This document shows positions 19,856 to 27,919 of a stretch of DNA of 64,000 nucleotides, in pieces (position 1 is the stretch's first letter; each line of letters begins with the position of its first letter). The notes under the pieces were generated by a model. That model worked only from the letters and a program-made list of their open reading frames with translations, had not been told where the DNA came from and did no database searches. The DNA is from an uncultured Methylomirabilota bacterium (GTDB taxonomy: Bacteria > Methylomirabilota > Methylomirabilia > Methylomirabilales > 2-02-FULL-66-22): NCBI GenBank assembly GCA_963705305.1, contig OY970067.1:4576001-4640000 (forward strand), given 5' to 3'. The position numbers and the translations under genes are program-made.

Positions 19856-19906
19856 CTACTTCTTCTTTTTCGTGGCTGTCTTCTTCGACCCCTTTTTCTT
19901 CGTCAT
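19856..19906 (-). CDS. 16-aa lysine-rich micropeptide MTKKKGSKKTATKKKK
   Basis: SD AAGGAGGTGA 8 nt before ATG; TAG stop; similar to the adjacent micro-ORF. Confidence 0.65.
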   Translation of the reverse strand: MTKKKGSKKTATKKKK

Positions 19907-19945
19907 CGGGCGGGTCACCTCCTTGTGATCAGTCTCCCAGAGATA

Positions 19946-20399
19946 TCAGGCGAGCAGCGTCATCTGAGGGTTCTTCGCCCGGGTAGCCTCCAACGTGCAT
20001 TCGATGAACCGCTGCGCATCCTTGATCGCGCCCTCCACCTCATAGCGGGAGATAGGTTGACCGGGCTCCTCGAGAATTGTCTGCCACCGGCGCCGCATTC
20101 GATCAAATGCATTGATGAGTGTTCGCCTGTCCGGCCCCAGGATGGCGGCGGTCAACTCCACAACCGTCCGCTGTTGATCCCGCCCCCTGGGACGCAACCC
20201 CTCAACCATGATCACCGCGCGCGCCGCCCGTAACATACCCTGATAGGCAATGGCATACGCCCACTCGCGGTCAATACTGGCATTGGCCCGCGCTGTGGCC
20301 AAGTCCTTCGATGCGCGGGCGACGAGCGCATTGACCACCGCAAAATCGGGTTTGAACGTCCTCCACCAGCCCTTTCTCGCGCAGGTTCTCATACGCCAT
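19946..20399 (-). CDS. HEPN-domain protein with degenerate active site (probable +1 frameshift near 20355)
   Basis: DLATARAN..DREWAYAIAYQGMLRAARA..GLRP...FDRMRRR. N-terminus MAYENLREKGLVEDV (ATG 20399) joins after removing one base. Alternative in-frame ATG at 20392. Confidence 0.75.
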
Positions 20400-20958
20400 C
20401 GTCTCGTCCGATGAGCAGGACGTTCCTGTCGCCCAGGATCTCGGTCAAGAATGGATCCGCCTCTGCCCGTCGTCGATGAAAATCCCCCTCGTCGAAGACG
20501 GTGTAATTGATCTCGCGTCCCAGCTTGGCTTCCAAGCGGGTCACCGCCTCGTTCAATTCCGTCAGGTCCACACCACCCACAACCAAGAGCAAGATAGGGC
20601 CTGGACCCTCCCCGGCGGGATGGGCGTTGGTCGTGTAGAGCCACGCCTGCTGTATGCCCGCCAGCGACTTCAGGGCCTCGGCGATCGCGCCCTGCGCCCC
20701 AACCGTTTTGGCAATGATGGACTTGACCTCGGAATAGATCGCAGCAGTCTTGTTGACAGTGTAATAGCGGAGATTCCCGACCTTCTCGCTGGCGAGCAGT
20801 GTAGCCTTCTCCAGATTGTCCAGTTCCCGTTTGATACCTGAGATGTCGCGGCGGAGATCCCGAGCGATCTGCCTCACGTAGAAGCGATGCTCTGGGTGCG
20901 TGAAAAGGAGTCGCAAGATATCGACCCTGGTCTTTGATGAGAACAACCTTTCGAGCAT
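20389..20958 (-). CDS. Winged-HTH plus minimal nucleotidyltransferase (MNT)-like protein, catalytic motif lost
   Basis: LFSSKTRVDIL..F.HPEHRFYVRQIAR...IKRELDNL...GNLRYY (wHTH); C-terminal LEAKLGREINYTVF typical of this MNT family; the GS...DxD motif is replaced by YTTNAH...GPILL. Confidence 0.8.
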   Translation of the reverse strand: MLERLFSSKTRVDILRLLFTHPEHRFYVRQIARDLRRDISGIKRELDNLEKATLLASEKVGNLRYYTVNKTAAIYSEVKSIIAKTVGAQGAIAEALKSLAGIQQAWLYTTNAHPAGEGPGPILLLVVGGVDLTELNEAVTRLEAKLGREINYTVFDEGDFHRRRAEADPFLTEILGDRNVLLIGRDDGV

Positions 20959-20980
20959 TATTCGTCACCATTCGTTGAGC

Positions 20981-21010
20981 TTTATACATCGACCGTTCTT
21001 CACTTGTCAA
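20981..21010 (-). promoter_or_regulatory. Putative sigma70 promoter of the wHTH-MNT/HEPN operon
   Basis: Minus strand TTGACA-18 nt-TATAAA, 22 nt upstream of the ATG at 20958. Confidence 0.6.
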
Positions 21011-21453
21011 CAAAATTTTTTTGAAAAATTCACAAGCGGCTTCGGTAATCGGTATCCACACCCCCCCTTAACCGAATATACTCAATCCTGGAGAGAGTTA
21101 ACAAAGAAAGCGGGGCTTCATTGCAAACCGGACACCTTGTACGTTCCTGCTTTCTCAGGTCTGTTCCGATGAAAAATCCTCTCTACTTAGCTGTATTCTT
21201 AGGATAGAAAGTGATCGGAGAACAAAAGAGAACAGGAACAGTCTCACCTCTCATGCGGGCCGGAAAATCCAAATTCGCGAGTGCGGGGACAGAACCGTCA
21301 CAGCTCGGTCCAGCCCCGCGACAAACCCGGAGTTTGAGAATAGCGAATCCCGCATCTTGCAGATGGTCCCTCTCGCCCAAACTCCGGGGACATGGGTCAG
21401 GGGAGGCTAGCGATTTGACCCGCCGATCAATTCACCATTATACGACCGGTCCC

Positions 21454-21951
21454 GTGATCGTGCCCGGGCGACTGCGCCTGTGGTGGTGGCTGGGATTCCT
21501 CGCTCGTGCGGCGATGCTCGCCCTCCTCCTCGGCGCACCGGGTGCCAGCCCCGTGCGCGCTTCCCAGCCCCCTGATCTCCGGACCGTCTTCGCCGCCGCG
21601 CTGAATGCCTGGACCTACGGGGCGTACTGGCGCCTCTGGGGCATGGGAACCCGCGAAAGCCGGGAAGCTCTCAGCCAGGACGAGTTCGCGCGTCGGATGG
21701 ACGCCGGGAACGCAGCGCCTGTAGCCGACATGCCTGTGCAGGCGTTCCAAGTGATCTCAATGTCCGGGGATGTGGCGCTGGTCCGGGTGGGGATCCGCTT
21801 GGAAGACCGTCGGGCCCACCGTAAGGCCGCCACGGCTCGCCCATTTCTGATGCGCTTCGAGGAGGGCGCCTGGAAAGTCAACCTGTGGGACTTCGTCGGG
21901 CTGGCCGCATTCTTCCCTCCCCACTATCTTCCGGGGAGACTGCCCCGGTAG
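21454..21951 (+). CDS. Hypothetical exported protein (possible NTF2-like fold)
   Basis: Signal-like hydrophobic stretch ending VRA-SQ; SREALSQDEF...FEEGAWKVNL pattern. Start uncertain. Confidence 0.55.
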   Translation: MIVPGRLRLWWWLGFLARAAMLALLLGAPGASPVRASQPPDLRTVFAAALNAWTYGAYWRLWGMGTRESREALSQDEFARRMDAGNAAPVADMPVQAFQVISMSGDVALVRVGIRLEDRRAHRKAATARPFLMRFEEGAWKVNLWDFVGLAAFFPPHYLPGRLPR

Positions 21952-22101
21952 GGCCTCCGGGCCGCGTGTCCGAGCGGCTCCTCGCACGCTGCCGGCAGCT
22001 CTGAGGCAAGGAGCGGCGAGCCACACGCCCGGTGAAAAAGGAACGGGGCCGCGGATGGCGACCCATCCCGGCCCCGTCAGGCCGAAAGCCGATCCGCCGC
22101 G

Positions 22102-22368
22102 CTAGGCGCCGACCGGCTCTTTGTCGGGATGAAGTTTCTTGAACTTCGTCAGCAGCTGGTCCTTGCTCTCCTTCCTGTCGGGATTCGGCTCGATGCTCCC
22201 CGTCGGACACGTAGACACACACTGCGGCTCCGCAAAGTGCCCTACGCATTCAGTGCAGAGGTCGGGATTGATCATATAGTGATCCTCGCCCTCGCTGATC
22301 GCGCCGTTCGGGCATTCCGACTCGCAGGCCCCGCAGCTGCTGCATTCGTCATTGATGAAAAGCGCCAT
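22102..22368 (-). CDS. 2x[4Fe-4S] ferredoxin (YfhL-like)
   Basis: CSSCGACESECP and CTECVGHFAEPQCVSTCP. Confidence 0.93.
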   Translation of the reverse strand: MALFINDECSSCGACESECPNGAISEGEDHYMINPDLCTECVGHFAEPQCVSTCPTGSIEPNPDRKESKDQLLTKFKKLHPDKEPVGA

Positions 22369-22692
22369 GAACTCGCCTCCTTGCGTGACGGTGTAATTGG
22401 GACTCTTGCGACTCTTGTAAAACTATACCCCCGAAGCTTGCCCTCCGAAAAGAAAAAAATGCCCTCTTCGTCGACCGCGCGAAAAGGCGCGCTTTTCCGA
22501 ACAATTCCTGCGGAGCCACGACTGCCGGCAGCCTGCGTCGGCTGCCAAGCGGAAGTCCCCCGCGAACATGCTGCCGACCATATCTACCTTCAGGAGATGC
22601 CGGTCAAACAATACGGAAAGGGCTCTTGCATTCTAGAGGTGATCGTGCGACCTTTACACGCAACCCGTACACGCAACCCGGAGGAAAATGGG

Positions 22693-23112
22693 ATGCCCGG
22701 CGTCACCAGGTTTGGAGTGTCATTGGAGGCACGTCTGCTGGAGCACTTCGATCGGATGATCCAGCGGAAAGGATACACGAACCGATCCGAGGCCATTCGC
22801 GACCTGATCCGTGAAGGCCTCGTCCGGGAGCAATGGGAGCTGGAGGCCACCGAGGCGGTCGGAACGCTCACCCTTGTCTATGATCACGATGTCCGGGAGC
22901 TCGACGAGAAGTTGACCGACATCCAGCACGCCCACTACCGAACCATTGTGTCCACGCTCCACGTCCACCTGGATCCGCACCACTGTCTCGAGGTGCTGGT
23001 CTTGCGCGGCAAAGCCCGCGAGCTGAAGACCATCGCGGACCGTCTCATCGGCACCCGGGGCGTCAAGCATGGAACCTTTTCGGCCACGGCGGAAGGGCGT
23101 GTCCTGGCGTAA
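22693..23112 (+). CDS. nikR: Nickel-responsive transcriptional regulator NikR
   Basis: RFGVSL ribbon, GYTNRSEAIRDLIR, LVYDH, HVHLDPHHCLEV; upstream of a Ni/Co ECF operon. Confidence 0.96.
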   Translation: MPGVTRFGVSLEARLLEHFDRMIQRKGYTNRSEAIRDLIREGLVREQWELEATEAVGTLTLVYDHDVRELDEKLTDIQHAHYRTIVSTLHVHLDPHHCLEVLVLRGKARELKTIADRLIGTRGVKHGTFSATAEGRVLA

Positions 23113-23139
23113 GCTGCGGCCTCTTTTTTTTGGACTGTA

Positions 23140-23166
23140 GTGGCACGATTCGTAAGAGTGTAGCAC
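23140..23166. promoter_or_regulatory. Possible second NikR operator
   Basis: GTGGCAC-N13-GTAGCAC imperfect dyad with the same 27-bp span as the site at 23359-23385. Confidence 0.4.
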
Positions 23167-23351
23167 TCAAGATCAACACCAATCGCTCCTCCCCCAGACG
23201 CCTGGAGCGCTGCTCATCCTTGCCCTCGGTTCAGGATGACACTCCTTCGTGTGGGCAGTGCCCGCAGTGCGGGTCCCGGAACCCGGTCCGCGCCGGAATG
23301 ATCGGGCCTCCTGACATTTACCGGGGGATTCGCCGTTTCTCAGAATATAAC

Positions 23352-23386
23352 TTGACTGGTAGCATGAAAATAATAATCATGCTACC
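23352..23386 (+). promoter_or_regulatory. Putative NikR operator overlapping the promoter of the nickel uptake operon
   Basis: Perfect inverted repeat GGTAGCATGA-N9(AT-rich)-TCATGCTACC (23358-23386) directly after TTGACT (-35-like). Confidence 0.75.
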
Positions 23387-23550
23387 TGGATTTTTGACCA
23401 AGGCTCGGAAGGCGTTGTCCTGTCTCTCGCCAGTTCCGCCGTGGCAAGGGCCTCCAGGCGACACGCGCGGCTCGGAGGTCAGGCCGACGACGACCCCGGC
23501 CTGTACTTCAGCGAGGCACGTGCGAACTACCCACGACGAGGAAAGCCATC

Positions 23551-24588
23551 ATGCCCATGCAAAGAGACGACGTCCGAGGAGGCCAATCGCAATCCGCTCC
23601 CGATGTTCCCCGCGGCACACGCACAGGGGCTCCCCGCGGAGAAGCCGGACGCATCGGATGGGGACTTGGCGTGCCGGCCTTGGCCCTCCTCCTGGCCCTC
23701 TGCACCCCTGCCGCGCCACGTGCGCAGGAGCGGGCCGCACCTCCGCAGGATCAGGCAGCTCCGGAGGCCGAGTTCGACCTTACGGATGCGCTCATCACCC
23801 GGACCCCGCTCCCTGGATCCAGCGTAGAGCTCCGGTATCGCTACGAGCGGGACCGGGACTTGCAGGACGCCGGGAGCGCCGTCACCCATGTCCACCAGCC
23901 CTCGGCGATCCTCAGCATCGCCCCGACCGACTGGCTCGGACTTTCGGCCACCATCCCCTATCAGTTCCGGGACCTCCGGGCCCCCGACGGCACGGCGGCC
24001 GAGACGCGGAACCTGGGAGACCTCTCGACGGAAGTCCTGGCCACGTTCCTCAACGATCCCGCGCGTCAGCTCGCCGTGGCGGGGGGGTTCGACCTGGGTG
24101 TCCCCACGGGCTCAATCAAGGATGGGACCGGAGGCCAGTGGACGCTGACCCCCTTCCTTGGGGCCGGGAAGCTTGTTGGTCCCGTCCAGCTCCTGGCCGA
24201 CGTAAGCTACCAGGACGATTTCCGGGCGGCGCCGGACGGGGGTCAAATCAAGCGCGAGCTCCTCTACAACCTCGCGGTGGGCCCGCGCCTCTGCGACGGC
24301 CAGCTTTTCCCGTTCGTGGAGCTCAACGGCGCGTACGCTTTCATGGGGGACCCGGCCATCCGCCATCGGGGCCAGCTCTACATCAGCCCGGGCGTGCGGG
24401 TCAGTCCCGCCGCATGGCTTGCTGGCCTCGGGGGTTCCCCAGGCTCCGCGAACGGAGAGAAATCCCCGTCAGCCGAGGAAAAGCCCTGGTGGCAGCGGCT
24501 CAGCCTGGCGATCGGCGCCCAGTTTCCGGTCACGCAGGCCCGCGAGTTCGAGTGGGGCCTGACGACCGGCGTGAAGCTCGATTTCTGA
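23551..24588 (+). CDS. Putative outer-membrane beta-barrel ('transporter'/MetA-pathway-like family)
   Basis: Signal-like segment, alternating beta-strand pattern (WLGLSATIPY, NLGDL, LGVPTG), C-terminal GVKLDF. Confidence 0.65.
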   Translation: MPMQRDDVRGGQSQSAPDVPRGTRTGAPRGEAGRIGWGLGVPALALLLALCTPAAPRAQERAAPPQDQAAPEAEFDLTDALITRTPLPGSSVELRYRYERDRDLQDAGSAVTHVHQPSAILSIAPTDWLGLSATIPYQFRDLRAPDGTAAETRNLGDLSTEVLATFLNDPARQLAVAGGFDLGVPTGSIKDGTGGQWTLTPFLGAGKLVGPVQLLADVSYQDDFRAAPDGGQIKRELLYNLAVGPRLCDGQLFPFVELNGAYAFMGDPAIRHRGQLYISPGVRVSPAAWLAGLGGSPGSANGEKSPSAEEKPWWQRLSLAIGAQFPVTQAREFEWGLTTGVKLDF

Positions 24589-24685
24589 GCACCCTACGCC
24601 GCGGCGTCTCGAAAAGCCAGAGCCGTCTGCCCAAGAGTCTGTGGCACACTCGACAAGGTCTTTCAGAGTCTCAGGAGGATCTGCG

Positions 24686-25735
24686 ATGCATATTCCCGAC
24701 GGGTATTTGAGCCCCTCAACGTGCGTGAGCTTTGGTGTGGTCATGATCCCGACGTGGGTGGCCGCAGCCAGGAAGGTGCGACACTGGCTCAAATCCCGGT
24801 ACGTCCCCTTGATGTCCATCGGGGCGGCTTTTTCTTTCACCATCATGATGTACAATGTGCCCATCCCGGGCGGCACCACGGCCCACGCGGTGGGCGGAGG
24901 ATTGGTCGCCGTGGTGCTGGGACCGTGGGCGGCCCTGATTTGCGTGACTGTCGCCCTCGCCATCCAGGCGCTGCTCTTCGGCGATGGCGGCATCTGGACG
25001 TTTGCCGCCAACTGTTTCAACATGGCGCTCGTGCTCCCCTTCGTGGCGTATGGCGTCTACCGCCTGATGAGCGGAGACAGCCCGCTTGAGGCGAAGCGGC
25101 GCTGGATCGGCGCCGCCCTCGGAGGCTACCTGGGCCTCAACGCGGCGGCCCTGTGCGCGGGCGTCGAGCTGGGACTGCAGCCCCTGCTCTTCCATACCGC
25201 CGCCCGGGTGCCCCTCTACTGCCCCTATCCGCTCGCGGTGGCGGTGCCAGCCATGCTGTTTGCGCACCTCCTTCTGGCCGGCCCCATCGAAGGGGTCGTC
25301 ACCGCGCTCGCGGTCCGCTACCTGCAAGCCTCCGACGCAGCCCTGTTGAACATCCGGGCACTGGCGACCGCTCCTTCGCCCGCACCGCCCGCGATCTCCC
25401 GCAGGTTCTGGTGGGCGCTGGGCGTCCTGATCGTCCTGTCGCCGCTCGGCCTGCTGGCCAGCGGCACGGCGTGGGGCGAATGGGGGGCCGACGAACTGCA
25501 GAAGATGCTCGGATTCGTTCCCGCCGGGATGCAGCGGCTGGCGGACACCTGGTCCCATGCGCCGTTCGCCGATTATTCGCTCCCCGGCTTCGAAAGCTTC
25601 TGGGCCGCAGCCCTCATCTACGTCCTCTGCGCCGTCCTCGGCGTCGGGACGATCTGCCTGCTCACGTTTGCCTTCTGGCGGCTCCAAATGGCGGAGCGCC
25701 GGCGGCAGAATGAGACACCGCAGGTTCTCCGTTGA
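24686..25735 (+). CDS. nikMN: Ni/Co ECF transporter substrate component, NikM/CbiM fused to NikN-like domain
   Basis: N-terminal MHIPDGYL metal-binding motif, PGGTTAHAVG, QALLFGDGG, C-terminal WGEWG...APFADY. Confidence 0.9.
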   Translation: MHIPDGYLSPSTCVSFGVVMIPTWVAAARKVRHWLKSRYVPLMSIGAAFSFTIMMYNVPIPGGTTAHAVGGGLVAVVLGPWAALICVTVALAIQALLFGDGGIWTFAANCFNMALVLPFVAYGVYRLMSGDSPLEAKRRWIGAALGGYLGLNAAALCAGVELGLQPLLFHTAARVPLYCPYPLAVAVPAMLFAHLLLAGPIEGVVTALAVRYLQASDAALLNIRALATAPSPAPPAISRRFWWALGVLIVLSPLGLLASGTAWGEWGADELQKMLGFVPAGMQRLADTWSHAPFADYSLPGFESFWAAALIYVLCAVLGVGTICLLTFAFWRLQMAERRRQNETPQVLR

Positions 25736-26685
25736 CGGCCCGGAGGTGGTCCGCCCCGGCCTGGCTCCAGGAGAGCACACGGCCGCCGGTGCCCCCCGCG
25801 TCACCCAGGCGTTCTTCGAGGCGGAGCTTCATCGAAAAGACCTTGCAGGCGATCGCCGAAACCCTCGAGCGCGAGTTCTTCTCCGAGTCGGTCGCAAGCC
25901 GGTCGGGCCTGATGCAGGAGCTGGATCCGCGCGCCAAGCTGGCCTCGATCCTCTTCTTGATCGGGACGGCGGGGCTGCTCCAGCACGCCTTCTCGCTGGT
26001 CCTGTTCAATGTCTGGCTGGTGTGGCTGGCGAGGAGCTCGCGGATCCCCGTCGGAGCCTTCATAAGAAGAGTCTGGATTGTGGTGCCGCTCTTCACGGGG
26101 ATCCTGGTGTTCCCCGTCCTCTTCAATGTGGTGCGGCCCGGCACGCCGCTCCTGGTGCTGTTTCATCTGAGCCATCCGGTGAGGTTGGCCGCCTGGATCC
26201 TCCCCCGCGAGGTGGCCATAACTAGGGAAGGGGCTGCGGCCGCGGTGCTGCTGATCCTGAGGGTCGGCGCGTCCGTTTCGCTGGCCGTGATGCTCACGCT
26301 CACCACCCGGTGGAGCACGCTGCTCAAAGCCTTGAGCGTCCTGCGGATCCCCCAGGTCTTTCTGGCCGTGCTGGAGATGACGTACCGATATATCTTTCTC
26401 TTGTTGCATACGAGCAGTGAGATGTTCATGGCCCGGCGGAGCCGTCTCGTCGGCCGAGCGAGCTCCCGTGAAGGGCGCCGGTTTGTCGCTTCCGCCATGG
26501 GAAGTCTTTGGAGCAAGACGGCAGCGCTGAGTGAAGAGGTGCACAGTGCCATGCTGGCACGCGGCTATGCGGGGTCGCCCCGGTCGCTGTGCCGGTTCGA
26601 GATGAAACGCAGCGATTGGGTCTGGATGGCTCTGGTGCTCATCATCGCGCTGGCGTTCGTGGGAGGCGACCGTGTCCTCGGCTGA
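25732..26685 (+). CDS. nikQ: ECF transporter transmembrane component (NikQ/CbiQ)
   Basis: LDPRAKL, MTYRYIFLL, ARRSR, AMLARGY. Confidence 0.9.
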   Translation: MTARRWSAPAWLQESTRPPVPPASPRRSSRRSFIEKTLQAIAETLEREFFSESVASRSGLMQELDPRAKLASILFLIGTAGLLQHAFSLVLFNVWLVWLARSSRIPVGAFIRRVWIVVPLFTGILVFPVLFNVVRPGTPLLVLFHLSHPVRLAAWILPREVAITREGAAAAVLLILRVGASVSLAVMLTLTTRWSTLLKALSVLRIPQVFLAVLEMTYRYIFLLLHTSSEMFMARRSRLVGRASSREGRRFVASAMGSLWSKTAALSEEVHSAMLARGYAGSPRSLCRFEMKRSDWVWMALVLIIALAFVGGDRVLG

Positions 26686-27490
26686 AAGCGCCGTGCCATC
26701 GGTCTTTCGACTGGAACAGGTGAGCTACCGGTACGTGGATGGAGAAATCGGCGTTCAGGACGTCAATTTGGCCATCCTCGAGCAGGAGCGAATTGTCCTC
26801 CTGGGCGCCAACGGGTCGGGCAAATCCACATTGCTGAAGGTTCTGGACGGCTTGCTGTTTCCTCAAAAAGGGACGATCCACGCCTTCGACCGGGAACTGC
26901 ATGAGAAGAGTCTGAACGACGACGGGTTCAATCAGGCATTCCGCAGGCGGGTGGGGTTCGTTTTTCAGAACGCTGATGCGCAGCTTTTTTCGTCTTCCGT
27001 ATGGGAGGAGATCGCGTTCGGCCCCTTGCACATGGGACTTGACGGAGCAGAGGTCCGCCAGCGCGTTGTGGAGGTTCTGGAGCTTTTCGGCCTGGCGGGC
27101 GTGAAGGACCGGCCGCCGTTCGCGCTCAGCGGCGGCGAGAAAAAGAAGGTCGCGCTGGCGTCGGTTGTAGCCACGAATCCGGCCGTGCTGCTGCTCGATG
27201 AACCTACGACAACACTCGACCCGCGCACACATCGGTGGCTGATCGACATGCTGGCCCAGTTCGGCCGCTGCGGGAAAACGCTCATCACGGCAACCCATGA
27301 TCTTGATACGGTTGAAGAGATTGCGGATCGCGTCCTGGTCTTCGGCGAGGATCATCGTGTGGTGGCCGATGGGACACCCTCGGAGATTCTTGCCGACCGA
27401 AATCTGCTCTTACGTGTGAATTTGATCGATCCGAGGTTTCACAAGCACGTTCATGGCGGCGAACACCGGCATTATCACATTCATGATTAA
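26672..27490 (+). CDS. nikO: ECF transporter ATPase (NikO/CbiO) with His-rich tail
   Basis: GANGSGKST, VFQNADAQLF, LSGGEKKKVA, LLDEPT; ends HKHVHGGEHRHYHIHD. Confidence 0.92.
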   Translation: MSSAESAVPSVFRLEQVSYRYVDGEIGVQDVNLAILEQERIVLLGANGSGKSTLLKVLDGLLFPQKGTIHAFDRELHEKSLNDDGFNQAFRRRVGFVFQNADAQLFSSSVWEEIAFGPLHMGLDGAEVRQRVVEVLELFGLAGVKDRPPFALSGGEKKKVALASVVATNPAVLLLDEPTTTLDPRTHRWLIDMLAQFGRCGKTLITATHDLDTVEEIADRVLVFGEDHRVVADGTPSEILADRNLLLRVNLIDPRFHKHVHGGEHRHYHIHD

Positions 27491-27634
27491 TCATACGGGG
27501 CGTGGCGATTGCCACCGCCTTCTTGTTTGCCACGAAAAGAAACCGCTCACGGAGGCCGGAAACGCGCAGGGACCGCCGCCGGACGAGCCCACGGCAGGGC
27601 TGGCCCGCGCAGCAGCCGAACCCTTGTCGACCCC

Positions 27635-27919
27635 TTACCAGTTCTGATGGTCTGCGGGTGTCTCGCTCAGCACGCTGCCAAAGCCGGGGACTTCCTGCCG
27701 CAAGAACCGCTGCACTCCCTCACGGAGAGTGATGCTGGCCCCGGGTCAGCCCACGCAGGCGCCGACCAGCCGGACGCGGGCGTCCCGCCCCACGACGGCG
27801 AGGAGCTCGATATCGCCCCCATGGGCCTGAAGCGCCGGCCGGATGCTCTCTACCGCCGCCGCAATCCGCGCCTCGAAGTCAGGAGTTGCGGCTTCCGCGC
27901 CGCCTCGAGACATCTCCAT
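27635..27919 (-). CDS. Nfu/NifU-C domain Fe-S carrier, probable selenoprotein (CxxU)
   Basis: Missing from ORF track. SD AAGGAG, then MEMSRG...IRPALQAHGGDIELL...VRLVGACVG[TGA 27746-8]PGASITLREGVQRFLRQEVPG..., TAA at 27635. Confidence 0.85.
27705..27740 (-). promoter_or_regulatory. Putative bacterial SECIS element
   Basis: After the UGA: GGCC-A-GC-AU-CACUCUC-[CGUGA]-GGGAGUG-CA-GC-GGUU stem-loop; loop begins 21 nt after UGA with G at loop position 2. Confidence 0.7.

Noticed and set aside
24686..27490. Cobalt (cbiMNQO) rather than nickel transporter
   Set aside because: Adjacent nikR and an operator-like palindrome, with no recognisable B12 riboswitch, favour nickel; specificity is not proven.
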